Shown here piece after piece: positions 13,291-25,526 of a DNA stretch of 64,000 nucleotides. Each line of letters begins with the position of its first letter. The first letter of the stretch is position 1. The notes below the pieces were generated by a model, which was not told where the DNA came from, did no database searches, and saw only the letters and a list, made by a program, of their open reading frames with translations. A program made the position numbers and the translations under genes. The stretch is from Eledone cirrhosa (Eukaryota), in NCBI GenBank assembly GCA_964016885.1, contig OZ024742.1, forward strand, positions 333,808,001-333,872,000. The letters run 5' to 3'.

Positions 13291-14614
13291 TCAATTTCTT
13301 GCTTTCTTTTCAAAGAATTTGGATGTGGCCAATCCAGGTGAAGAATGGCCACATCCATGTTTATATACCTAACACATTATATTAGACCACAGATCATAAA
13401 TGTGTCGAAAAAAAAATTAAATATACTTATTGAACCTATTATAATGAGTAGTATTGTGCTCAAGTCCGTTTGTGTTTCTTCTACGGAGAAAATGTTTTAA
13501 CAATATATCCAATTGCATTTGGACGAAGGCAAGAGTGGGTGGCAAATAAATTTTCTTCGTAACGACCAGCTCACAGCACAACGAGACATACATGGTAAGT
13601 GGCTTTACAATAATTAGAATAGTTTTATTAAATTACCAAATATGACCTGAAATATTGTTCCCACCCTGTATATACGTAGACACCCACACACACAAACAAA
13701 CACATATGTATTTGTGCCAATGACTGATTTTATTTCTGCTGTCGTGTTACTTTCCTATAGATGAAGCGTAATAGAATTCATATATTCCACACTTTCTCTC
13801 TATATATACATACGAATAAACTTGCATCTATACACACATATATACATACATATATGCATATGTGTAAGTGTGTGTGTGTGTATATGTATTTTTTTATGCG
13901 CGCTCATGTATGTGTGTATGTGTCTGATTGTATGTTCGCAATCTTATTTGATATCATAGCTATGCCATTACTCAATATTGTCTTACATGTAGGCATGCTG
14001 GGTTGTATATATATTCCATTTATTACTTCGGCATGGAAACATTCACTCCTTATATGAGTTAGTTTCCATAAATTAGATCTACCAGACCCCTACATTGCTA
14101 GCTGGATCAAGTTAAACTTACTGCTTATGTAGCCTTGCCAAGCATTTCTGTAATCAGCAATCCAAGACGTACATTAGATTTCGATGTGATTTTCTTCAAC
14201 TGAAATTACGCCAAATATCGATTTTCTCTAAAACGTTAGGTCGTGATTTTTTTTATGCCAACGACCCATGAATATTACTATTTTTTATTCTTGTTTTCCT
14301 TTTAACAATATTTATTTAATAAACGTTTGATTGTATACCGGCACAAAAATACGAATCAAATAGTAGAGAGATGTTTTTATTATTTTTATTTCCTGTATTT
14401 TATTTGATGCATAAAGTAAATGACAGGTTTTGCTTTCTTTATTTTCTGCATGAGAATTGGCGGTCTAATATATGCCTAATGGATGCAAGTGGAAATTGAA
14501 ACCTTGTTGCATAATTATAGACACCGAAGTTATCTGACTTGCATATTATATGGATTTATGAGAATGTAACAGTAATTCCAGGTGTTATTCGTATATATAT
14601 ATTCTGATCTAGTT

Positions 14615-14887
14615 AGTGATTAGACATGTGGTTAGAATGTATTAGGAAAGGATCGTTGGACAGATTTTGGGGGCAAAATCAACCGGTAGGAGACCTAGGG
14701 CTAGACCTCGAGCAAGATGGTTGGATAACATCCATAAGCTTGGCTGGTTTCGCTTGAGATCCATCCGGATCAGTTGGAGACGGTTGCTTCTGACAGGACC
14801 CGGTGGAAGGAGTGATTGAGGACGCTGCTCCCACGAACGTCTCAGGAATATGTGCACGAAGAAGAAGAAGAAGAAGAAGAAGAAGAA
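14615..14887 (+). mobile_element. RTE-clade LINE 3' fragment with (GAA)n tail
   Basis: Translates as HVVRM*ERIVGQILGAKSTGRRPRARPRARWLDNIHKLGW, the typical RTE C-terminal GRRPRGRP..RW.D motif. (GAA)n at 14858-14887. Confidence 0.85.
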
Positions 14888-15172
14888 TGATTTCTTTATT
14901 GGCCAAAAGGGCTGACATCAAGAAAACATTACAGACGGCACAGGACGGTACGATGTGGGTTTTGTGCGTGTAAATATTTTTATTATTTATATAAGAAAAG
15001 AAAAAAAAAACATATATATATATAATCAATAAAAATGAAAATTGAAACAATGAAAAATTCCCCAATAGGGGGGAAACCTCCGAGGGTTACTCGTGGCGAA
15101 AACCACACAAAAGACCACGGCTACCCTTACCACCAGAGCAAGCGCCCACTCTCAATTTTTCCATCTCTCAAA

Positions 15173-18008
15173 CTACAAACGTATATTCAGAGTGGTCCCG
15201 TTCACTCGGACCATTCTCGCTACATTTACCCACCTTTCAACAAACTTGCTAGAAAGCAGCACCTGCCTCTCCACCCTGATTTTCCTCTTCAAGTGAAACT
15301 TGAAAAAGTTAATTAGGGATTCGGCGAAGAGGAAAGTGTTTGTCTTTAACCCTTTTAACCTTGTCCACCACACAATCTCTTTCGCCATGGCCACCAGGCA
15401 GATGAAAACCACCTGTCCTTCCTCCTCCAAGGAAGACGGCGAGACCATCTGCCCAATGGACTCAGTCGACAACCGGATCAGTCCCACACGTGACAGCAGC
15501 TGTTCGACATTGCTCCACAAGTCAGCAATGCTCGGGCACTGAACGAGTGCGTGCACAACGGGTTCGTCGCTCTGGAGCAAGGGACGACGGTGAGGCGGTA
15601 GCAGATGACGGATGCGATGTACGCATACGCCACTTCCGCCCGGCCTTTCAGGGACAACTTCCTCTCAGCCCATTTCTGGGTGAGGGAGGCCACCCTACTA
15701 GTCACCTCGTTCCAGTTTTTCTCCATCTGGAGGTCCGCTCCGAACCAGACCCCTAGCAATTTAAACGGTCCGTCCGTCCAACGCCCCACGACGCTGTCGG
15801 AAGGCATGGACTTGCCTCTCCAGGTGATGAGCTGCAAGCCCACCGACTTTTCCTGGTTTATCTTTGCTCCTGTCACCGCTTCGTATTCCTTGAGAGCGGT
15901 GCCGAGCATCTGGACGTATCTGGTGCTCGACACCACCACGGTGACGTCGTTAGCGTAAGCCGACTCGGATTTCCCGCATCCTAGTTCGCGTAATACGCCC
16001 CTCATCGCCTCCAGTTGTGCATTAACGGCTCGAGAGCCAATATGTACAAGAGGGACGAGAGGGGACAACCCTGGCGGACTGAGCGCATGATGCTGAACGG
16101 TTGCGAAAGGTGACCGTTCACCCTCACAACTGAGCAGATATCGCTGTACATTGCTGCGATCCAACCCCTGAAAACGGGCCCGAAACCGGCTGCCTCGAGG
16201 ACCGCCGCCAGGTACCGATGGTCGACCCTATCGAATGCTTTGGATTGATCCAAGTTGATCAGGGCCCCACCTTTGTCAGGTTCCTTTACCACCCTGTCTA
16301 TGATGTATCGCATGAGGTGGAGGTTGTCGTGTATCGATCTGTCCGGCATGGCGCATGTCTGCGTCTCTCCCACCAGACCCTTGACGACAAGCGCCAACCT
16401 CGTTGCTAACACCTTGGCCAAAAACTTGAACTCTGCGTTTAGCAGGGTTATGGGCCTGAAATTATCAATAACATCCCCCTTGTTCGGGTCTTTTCAAAGC
16501 AGCGCCACTGCTCCCCGGCTCACAAAACTTGGAATGCTTACGTTCTGCTGCCAGTTGCAGTAGACGTCTGCCAAGAGGTCAACGAACAAGTCTGGCATAA
16601 ATGCATAAAGCTCGTAGGGTAGACCATCTAAACCTGGCGATTTACCCCTTGTGCAGTTAGCCATCGCTTCTCGTATTTCACCGGCTGTTAGTTGCTTTCC
16701 GCAACACTGTATTACGGTCGTCGAGAGCCGAGGCAGTCTGTCAAGGTATGCACTGAAGTCCATGCCCCGATCCGGGACGCCGCCGCTCCCGAACAGTTCA
16801 GCAAAGTTCTGCTGAAAAGCTTCACACCTCCGCGCGGGTTCGAGCATCACGCACCCATTTTGGTCAGACAAAGACCGAATTGTGGCTTTGTTGCCACGTC
16901 GCGCCTCTGTCACCCTGGCCCATTGGACGGCTTTTGTCCCTTCGTGTTTCAGAGCACGCGCTCTAGCTCTGACAAAGCAGCCTTCGTGTTTTGCGTTGAA
17001 GAATTGGTGGAGTGCAATCTCGCCGCAAGCACGTCGGTTGCGATGCCTGTCCTAAACGCCTCTTCTAGCTTTCTGACTAGCTCTCCCTCTACTCTATTTT
17101 CCTCTATCACTACTCCTTTGCTAAACCTAATCGACTCTAATTTAATTGCCCTTTTCAGGGCGAACCACCACCTGTTGTTGACGACCGCTCCCGTCAACGA
17201 CCGCTTAACTAATACGCTAATCAGGTCTCTGTAGTCTTTGCGCGCCGGGAAAGACGCGTTCAGCTTCCAGTAACCAGGCCCTTGTCTATAAAGTCTGTCT
17301 ATGTCGATCTCACAGATCACAAATTTGTGGTCTGTGTAGTCGACTATTTTAAATTGTGGACAACTTATACTAGCATTATCTAGTTCTCTGCAGAATACCC
17401 TATCGAGATACGATCTGGATGACCCGATGCGGTTTGTCCATGTCCACATTGGTACATTCGGCTGATCCAGTCGATACCTGTCAGAGAGTTCAAAACGTCT
17501 GAGCAGGTTGGTGAGGCTCTTGCACCCTCCTCCCCTATCCACTAGCTCCACACGATCCCAGCTTGCATCCAAAATACCGTTCCAGTCACCCACTAACACT
17601 AAAGAGCGGGACGTTCCAAGAAACGTCTCTAGACGTCTGAAGAAATCTGGCCTTCCTGCCCCTGTTGGGGCGTAGACGGCTACTAGCCTGAAAGCATTGC
17701 CTTCGCTGCCGGTCACGTTCAGCACCACCGACTTACCTTCTGGGTCCAGGAAGATGGCCCGTATCGCGAGATCCAAGCCTCTCCGAAAAAGGACGGCAAC
17801 TCCTCCCCCAGATCCTGGAGGGCTGGGAGATGTGTATACATCGTAGCCGCCGAATATCGGTGCGAATGCCCGTGCTTCAGAGATACTGGTTTCACTGATG
17901 GCCACCACAGCTATGTTTAGTGACCTGAGGTCATTGAGCAGGTGACGCTGCTTCCAAGATGACCCCAGGCCACGTGCATTTATACTACCTATTCTGAGTA
18001 CAGCCATG
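15173..18008 (-). pseudogene. Tx1/L1 ORF2 (AP endonuclease + reverse transcriptase + C-terminal domain), frameshifted
   Basis: APE: MAVLRIGSINARGL, SET, VYAP, GDWN, SYLDRVF, TDH, GPGYWKLN. RT: KSPGLDGLPYE, LDQSKAFDRVDH, SVRQGCPLSSLLY, AYANDVT, KLLGVWF. C-terminal ExVVHALVQC. Split across at least 5 ORF-track pieces. Confidence 0.92.
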
Positions 18009-18039
18009 TTGGATGAAAAACGGGGCAAGTGAGAAAGGG

Positions 18040-19990
18040 TCACTTACCTTGTTCGTGTGGTGAAGGGACAGTAGAACCGTCCCTTTCGCTGGTCATGGGT
18101 GTTTCCAAGAGGATGTCAGTGTATATCCTCTTGGTAACCGTCCCTCTGAAGTTTCCAACTGCGTTGGGAAATTTTCGTTTGAAAGGTTTGTACTGTTCTA
18201 TTGAGATTTCGATGATCCTTATGTTTGTCGGGGGAGTTCTTGGTATTGGTGGGGTGTAGTAGTTTTTTTCTGTGATGTTTGTGTGCTGCTTTATATATTT
18301 TATGAGTTCTTTTTTTGCCATGCTTATGGTTGTGTACTTTTTGGGGGGAGGGGTGGTTTTGTTGCTGTTTTATTCTTGTTGCTGTTTGGTGTGTGTGTCT
18401 TGTTGTATTTGCCTTGTTGGTGTTTGTGGTGGTGATGGTGGTGGTGTTGCTGCAAGTTTCCTTGTTGCCTTTACCCCTCTTTGTATGCCTTCGCTTTTGA
18501 AGGTTGAATCTAAGGTTTTTTTTTCTTTTTTCTTTTTTTGTGGCAGACCGTTTGCCACTTCACTCCCGCCTCAAACTCCATGTCGGATTCTGTGGCGTCT
18601 GGGAGGGGCATGTGCTCCACGGCTGTTGGTGGTGGTAGTGGGGCCCTCGTCAGCAATTTTGTTGCTGGTGTAGCTACTTCAAATATAGCTATTGGTGTTG
18701 CCGCTACTGATGATGCTGGTTTAGTTATCCGTGGCCTTGGTACGGGTGCTACGGACGTTTCCCTTCTACTCACCGTGGAAGGGGCTTCTTCGTTTATTGC
18801 CTGTCCTGCTCTTGGTAGCAGCGAACCAGGTATTGTCTTCTGCTGGCAAAAGGCCCTGAGGTGACCCTTCAACCCACAGAGATAACATTTTGGCCGTCTT
18901 CCTTCTACACTTTTAGGGAGTTGGAGTCCTTCCTCGATGTATATGATATCGGGGATAGCGTCGATACACTCCTGGTCAGTTTGTATAAGCATTTGCATGC
19001 CTATACCTGACAAGTTCTCTCTCCCTATTTTTTCTACTTGCAGCATGGTCGCCCTGTTCTCAATTCCAGCAAGGGCAGACGCGGCCAGCCAAGGTATGGG
19101 CACGTCGGGTGGGACCTGGGTCACTTTGACCCTCTCAATTTTCTGCCCGCAGTAGGAGGGCACCAAGACTAACTCCTCACTCTTTAGGGTTTCCAAAGAG
19201 TGAGACTTTGCTTCCTGGGGGTGGCGAAAAGTACGTCTACTGTGGCGTACTTTCTGCCTCGGGTGATGTGGGTTTTGCGTGCCCAGACGCACCCCAAGGC
19301 CTTTTAGATTTGAGCTTCCGTGGCTCTCTCCACTCGGTGTGAGATTTCGCTTACGCTGCGGTAAGTCACCGTCCGTAGCTGCTGGTCCTTGAAAAATGCG
19401 GGTGGAGGTTTCAGGGAGACTCTATTGGCGCTTCTTGTCACCATGGCCCTTGCGACTGCCATCTCCTCCTCTGTGACTAACACTGTCTCAATATTTCGGG
19501 TGACACTTGCAAAAGAAGTGGTCCCTTTTACAGCAGCACCACTATTGCTGCCGCTACTGGTCTCACTGGTGGTGCTGAGGTCGCTATTACAGGTATCGGT
19601 GTCATTGTTGTTGTTTTCACTGGTATAGTTGTTGGTGTTGTTGTTGTTTTCGTTGATACTGTTGCTGTGGCTGTTGTTATTGTCATTGTTATTGTCGTTC
19701 TCGACCTTACCGCTGTTATTTTTGTTATTGTCGTTCTCGACCTTACCGCTGTTATTTTTGTTATTGTCGTTCTCGACCTTACCGCTGTTATTTTTGTTAT
19801 TGTCGTTCTCGACTTTACCGCTGTTATATTTGTTGTTGCTGTTGTTATTGATGGTGTTGTTGTTGGTGTTGTTGTTGGTGTTATTGTTGGTGTTGTTTGT
19901 GTTAGAAATATTTGTTAATTTTAAATCTGTAACAATCTTTTTTTCCTTTGTAATATTTTCGTTTATATTTACCTCCGCTGGAATGTTTCG
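18040..19990 (-). pseudogene. Tx1/L1 ORF1 (gag-like RNA-binding protein) with an Asn-rich N-terminus, disrupted
   Basis: GRRPKCYLCGLKGHLRAFC zinc knuckle and WQTV..KKRKK motif. The upstream frame (~19990-19305) reads N-rich repeats then SFASV. It contains stops and frameshifts. Confidence 0.8.
19686..19830. repeat. 36-bp tandem repeat x4 (NNSGKVENDNNK on the - strand)
   Basis: Unit TTGTTATTGTCGTTCTCGACCTTACCGCTGTTATTT. Confidence 0.95.
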
Positions 19991-21108
19991 TTAGTTACCA
20001 GTATACCTTCCACAAAAAAGAACTCCTACACAATTACATCTTCTATCCAACTTCTATGTTTGTCTTATTGACGTAATGACAACGGAATAGAGTTCCCACT
20101 GATTAGTTCGTTGTTGTTTACCTCCCTGTCAGTTCTTATGGAGCAATAATATGGTGAAGTTCATCCCAGTTATCAACCAATCTTCTTGTACACCAGGGCC
20201 TATAATGTTCAATGTTTCTATATTTATTTAAGACATTAACTTTTCGGACACGAGAACATCATTAGAGGATAAAAATAGAAGTAGAACGTAGAATAGGAAG
20301 TTAAAGAGTGATAAGAGGAAAAAACGGGAATAATGAGAAATAAACACACGTGCGCATTCATATATATATATATTTATAATATTTATTACTATATTTATAT
20401 ATGTATATATATATATATACACCTGTGTTTGTGTGAATATGTGTGTGTGTTTGTATGCTTGTGTGTGTGTGTGTATGTACATATGTAAATGTATGTTTGT
20501 ATGCATATTTTGTAGTGGAATTTCTAGACTTACATGCATAAATGATTGTGGGGAAACGAAATACCCTTGAAGAGTGAACTACATTTCTTTTCAACTTCAT
20601 TTTTAACTTTAAGTTCCATTTAAGTATATAAAATTACTGCGTATTGCGACCCGAACATAGCAGAAAGCAGTTAAGTTGTTTTGCCGTTCATAGCTTTCTT
20701 ACGATAAACAAATTACATTCAGCCTTGAAACCATACATTCAACTGGTATAGCTCTTATTTCGAATAAGAGAATAATCGGTTTCAATTGAGTAGCGACAAT
20801 ATGTCAAAATATTACGGGATTATGAGATGAATGTTGCAGCTTACATACAAAAATCCAATGCACTAGTTTCGGGGTGAAAATCCAATTAGAAAATCCAACG
20901 AATTTTGAGAGGTCCACGTAAGCGTTGATATATATGTATGTAAAAGATAGCAACATGTATGTAAAAGATAGCAACAGCATCAATAGACATAACAACATTA
21001 AGTAGAGCTATACCAACAACCAACAGCTATTACAACAGTAAATACAGCTATAGAGAAGATGGCAACAGCACCGGTAGATATGTTTTCTTCCTGTTTCTTC
21101 TACAACAA

Positions 21109-21720
21109 CTACAACGGTACGCGATGGAGCCCACCAACAGCCCCGGCGGACAGAATGGAGAAGGCGTTTCCCCGGGGTACGGCAAGGGAGATGCGCTGGA
21201 AAAGCCACTCCAACTCGCCGGGCTCACACCAGCTGCTGGCCAGCTCAGCGCCTATGGTGGTGAGTAAGGAGGTAGCCCTGTGGCCGAGGACACCAGAAGT
21301 TTCCACTGCCAGGGGTACGACCGCAAACCTGGCAGAGAGCAAGCAGAACCTGGGTCAGTCGCAAACCTCACCAGGTTGTGGCTGCAGAAAGTGTCGGTGC
21401 AGGTGGCATCCCAGACGAGGGGTTTGCCACCGCGGAACGGGAAGATGGTCATGTCATCTGGCCTTTTGCCGTCCCTTCGATCCAGCGCCACCGGCTCGAG
21501 CTGGGAATGGAAGCCTGCAGCGTCCAATGCATGCTTAATGACCTCGTTGAGGGCAGCATGGCGTGGAATGCGACCGGCACTGTGGGGACTGGAAAGCGGG
21601 TGGAGGCCGAAAGAATCCACGGTGGAAGCGCAGCGACATTGGTGAGGCTGGCAGATCCGGAGGCCGAGCCTTATGGGAACGCTGGTGCGCAAGGCAGTGA
21701 TATTTGAAAGCGGATGCGAC
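21109..21720 (-). mobile_element. 5'-truncated CRE-like non-LTR retrotransposon (zinc finger + restriction-like endonuclease), frameshifted
   Basis: IRLGLRICQPHQCRC...GLHPLS...RHAALNEVI...LEP...DGKRPD.MTIFPF..GKPLVWDATCTDT, then PLAVETSG...LFQRISLAV.RGNA. These motifs are characteristic of CRE-clade RLE C-termini. Confidence 0.85.
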
Positions 21721-22152
21721 ACAATCGATACATATCCCTCTCTCTCTCTCTCTTCTCCTCATTCTCTCTTCCTCATTATGTCCCTCCCCCCTCTCTCTCT
21801 CTCTGTCGCACTTATCAGCTTTCTCCCACATTTTTATTATATCTTTCGGGAGGTATCCTGGAATTAGATATGCACCGCAAGGCATAAACATATTCTAAAA
21901 TGCTTATAGAAATCTATTAGTACTTAAGAGATTTATGAAAGTGAAATTGATATTACTAGTATTTTGGCTGATAAATAGTGTTTGTAAAAGTAAAATCTTG
22001 AAATTTAAAATATATAATGTTTACGAATGATAGTGAATATTAGTAAAATTTTTCTTTTCCGATGGCTGATATAGTATTTCTTTTAACTCATTCTCCCATC
22101 TGGAGAAAATACAAGAATTTCGACCTCAATCCATCTGAATCAATATATTATA

Positions 22153-22264
<112 letters not shown>

Positions 22265-22716
22265 TAGATAGATATATCATTGAAGGACCTGAAACATGAA
22301 CATAAATAACATTAATAGCAAAGATAAAAAGCAACAGATTCAACTGAACAGAATCATAAGCAGAAGCGATAAATGTAACAACCAGCATACATATATAAAG
22401 ACATAACAACATCACCAGCAAGGAGCCTAAAAAGACAATCGAGAGGAACGACAAACGAACAACGGCAATAAACAAACGTATATATATATAAGGAATTAGG
22501 AATAACATAAATGACAGCAACAACAACAATAATAACAACAATACTAATAATAACAAAAAAATGATATATTCTTGATGAGCAGAAAAACAACAAAAATATA
22601 TTCTATCTTGTATAATGAGGAAAACACGATTCATAACCTCATTTGTAAAATGCCATTAGGCAAAATTGTATGTCTTATGTGTCAGTATGTATACACATCC
22701 ATCCATCCATATATCC

Positions 22717-22792
<76 letters not shown>

Positions 22793-23193
22793 AAAGTTTA
22801 CATATATATATATATAAAGTCATAGATTTATATGTGTTTTATGATATATATATATATATATATATATATAATTGTCTGTATATTTGTGTGTGTAAATATA
22901 TATATATATGTATGTCAATTATATATATAAATATAAATTTATACACGCCTATATATATATGTTTGTGCGCGCGATGATGACTCATCGTGTTTTTACGTTG
23001 TTGACAAGTACGAAGGCCTGGCTTCTTACAATCTAAACACAAATGTCACCATAATAATTGAAATGTTAGATATTCTTAATTGATGCAACGCATATGGTAA
23101 ATATTTCCTCTCATATACATATATAGGTAGGTGTCTACAAATACATGTCCACACGCACACACTCACACACGGATATATACCTGTCTATCTTTC

Positions 23194-23240
<47 letters not shown>

Positions 23241-23248
<8 letters not shown>

Positions 23249-24001
23249 AAGTGAGTCCTTCATCAGTGACCCTCCAACCGTCCTCAGCATTTCATCGCTT
23301 TAAGGGCCATATGCCTCAGGTTGGTGCGAACAACGGCTAAAAAAAGTCGTTGGGACACGTAAATAAAGGGGGACGCTAGAGTAACAACAAAAAGGTTTAA
23401 GCAACGGAAAGTGAGTAGAAATAGACAAGTCCCAGATCTCTATGAATATAAACTCTGTGAAATCGTGAACAAGAGACGAAAGAGCATCAGACCTGGTTGA
23501 AATGTGAGCAAGGAAAGAATTTCGCCCAAGTTTGACGGGGGGGAAAAAAGAGAGAGAGAGAGAGAAAGAAAAAGGAGAGAAGAAGAAGAAGAAGAAGAAG
23601 AAGAAGAAGAAGAAGAAGAAGAAGAAGAAGAAGAAGAAGAAGAAGAAGAAGATAAGGGGGTCTGGTCTACGAATTCGGTAAACGCAAGTTTTGTGAAGTC
23701 GCAGACGAAAGAGAGAGAGAAAAAAATTCCATACCAGCTCGGTCAAGACTGCGCGAGAAAATAATTACACACAGGTCAAACTTGAAGGAGGAGGAGGAAA
23801 GAGGAGGAGGAGAGGTAGTGACAGAGAATGAGTGAGTGAAAGTTGAGGAGAGAGTAACAGAGAGGGAGACTGCTAGAAGTGGTAAAGATACAAGGAACGA
23901 AACAGACGAAGGCAGCATGGAAAAGTTATATGTGTAAATATGATGATAATAATGGAGCTGCGGCGTTGCAAATGGGATACATATGAAAAAGTGAGTCCTT
24001 C
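23241..24001 (-). mobile_element. Highly degenerate Penelope-like relic bounded by a 21-bp direct repeat
   Basis: ATATGAAAAAGTGAGTCCTTC at 23241 and 23981. The minus strand has TSQN/CVYRIR-like and HFNQ-like remnants and a hammerhead half-motif CTGATGAAGGACTCAC. Interrupted by (GAA)n. Confidence 0.35.
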
Positions 24002-24015
24002 TATATATATATACA

Positions 24016-24183
24016 ACAAAGGAATTTTGGTAAGGAACTAGATGGACCATAACGCACCAGAATACTCATTACTTAGGGTAGTAGAGTGGGAAATAGGAAA
24101 AATTATGACCCCGACACAGAGCACAAGCCGTTTCGACGGCTATTTCTGGCTTGAACTCTGCCGTCGGGCCATACTTTTTCCTA
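24016..24183. mobile_element. Family X copy with a fold-back end
   Basis: Matches 26-63 and 61755-61809. 24149-24183 is an inverted copy of 24096-24128. Confidence 0.65.
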
Positions 24184-24328
24184 GACAATAAGTCTATGTT
24201 TACTTCCGCTTATACTACGGACTGGTTAATGCATATGTCAAATTTTCGGCCCCATTCGATCCTGTACTAGCTGGCAGATGGCAATATAGGTTGCCCTTCC
24301 TGGGACCTTTAGTCCTAGGAAAGGAAAA

Positions 24329-24410
24329 TGCTTTCTGATGATCTAAACTTTTCATTGGAAGTCCCTAGAATCTCCAATCTTTTGTGAATTGAAACCGATC
24401 GGTAAAAGCA
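24329..24410 (+). ncRNA. Type I hammerhead ribozyme motif
   Basis: UGCUUU-CUGAUGA-[long, partly decayed stem II]-GAAA-CCGAUCGG-UA-AAAGCA. Perfect 6-bp stem I and palindromic stem III. Confidence 0.7.
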
Positions 24411-24744
24411 ATTGGAATAGGTAAATATTTGAATTATATTTTTTTATTTATTTTAAAGAATTGTTTAAATCTTGCTTGCTCCGCTTATCTCAATATTATA
24501 GTTCTGGTATGTCAAATTAATACCATAGAACAACCCTTGTATCATAGACACCCTATATATTTCCAGGGTACTTAGTACCTGTGGGCATATTAACTTATAT
24601 AGATATGTATGTATAAGGGTTGGTTCATGATAGGTCTAATTGTTTGAATCTTGCTTGCTCCGCTTATCTCAATATATTTATATATATATATATATAAAAT
24701 ACAATATACTAACAAATGGAAACTATATTTATAAAACCATATTT

Positions 24745-24807
24745 ATTTCATTATACATATTTCAATGACACCAAAGCAAATTATGGTGCGCTTTCATCAG
24801 ATAAAAT
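24745..24807 (-). ncRNA. Minimal type I hammerhead ribozyme motif
   Basis: AUUUUAU-CUGAUGA-AAGCGCACCA...UGGUGUCAUU-GAAA-UAUGUA-UA-AUGAAAU. Confidence 0.75.
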
Positions 24808-24880
24808 ATAATATAGATCAGTTTTATAAACAAATATTGACATACCCTTAAATAATGCGACCATGTCATTATAGAGTATC

Positions 24881-24989
24881 TTTGCATTCTTTATTCTATG
24901 TCCATACCTGCATTGTTTTGGCTTTATTATACATATACAACAGTTTATACCTCATTACACAATGCTTCAAGTGAACTATAACCTCCTCC
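24881..24989 (+). mobile_element. Solo 3' end of the Penelope-like element at 35378-37843
   Basis: Near-identical to 37735-37843 (...TACCTCATTACACAATGCTTCAAGTGAACTATAACCTCCTCC) and also followed by (AT)n. Confidence 0.85.
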
Positions 24990-25318
24990 ATATATATATA
25001 TATGTAGATAAATCTACCGAAATATACGGTAGTGTCCAATCCGTATGAAGAACTCAATGTAATCCAAATATCAAGAAAAGAGAAGATGCATTCAAACATT
25101 TTCGATGAAAATTACAGGAAAACAGAGTCAAGATAAATTACTAAAAACAATGAATAAAAACAAAGAACAAATTCTTTATATTAAAATATTCATCATTTTA
25201 CGATCGTTTCTAGGATATATATGTGTGTTGGTATGTATATCATATAGATCTATGTAAAAATATTACAAACTATCAGAGGAAATATACATACCTTCACATA
25301 TATATGCTGTCTTCAGAA

Positions 25319-25413
<95 letters not shown>

Positions 25414-25459
25414 TATTAATTCAATATATTAACAAAATAGACATTCGTGTGATCAAGTA

Positions 25460-25526
25460 TATTTTATTATACATATTTCAAAGGTACTGTGCTATCTTCA
25501 ACAATACGTCCTCATCAGATAAAATA
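25460..25526 (-). ncRNA. Minimal type I hammerhead ribozyme motif
   Basis: UAUUUUAU-CUGAUGA-GGACGUAUUGU...ACAGUACCUUU-GAAA-UAUGUA-UA-AUAAAAUA. Perfect 8-bp stem I. Confidence 0.8.

Larger units (their letters stand above)
14888..19990 (-). mobile_element. L1/Tx1-clade non-LTR retrotransposon, near full length, disrupted
   Basis: ORF1 has a CCHC knuckle. ORF2 has APE, RT and C-terminal domains. The 3' UTR ends AATAAAGAAATCA directly against (TTC)n. The element is GC-richer than its flanks. The 5' boundary is uncertain (19990-20220). Confidence 0.93.

Noticed and set aside
18038-18052. Perfect AAG|GTAAGT splice donor at the ORF1 stop (- strand), suggesting an ORF1-ORF2 splice
   Set aside because: I see no matching acceptor before the ORF2 ATG, and a single motif cannot be distinguished from chance.
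19686-19830. 36-bp repeat as a CRISPR array
   Set aside because: The units are contiguous with no spacers, the context is eukaryotic, and the repeat lies in ORF1.
15035-19994. Plus-strand ORFs over the Tx1 element
   Set aside because: They are antisense shadows of GC-rich coding sequence with no recognisable motifs.
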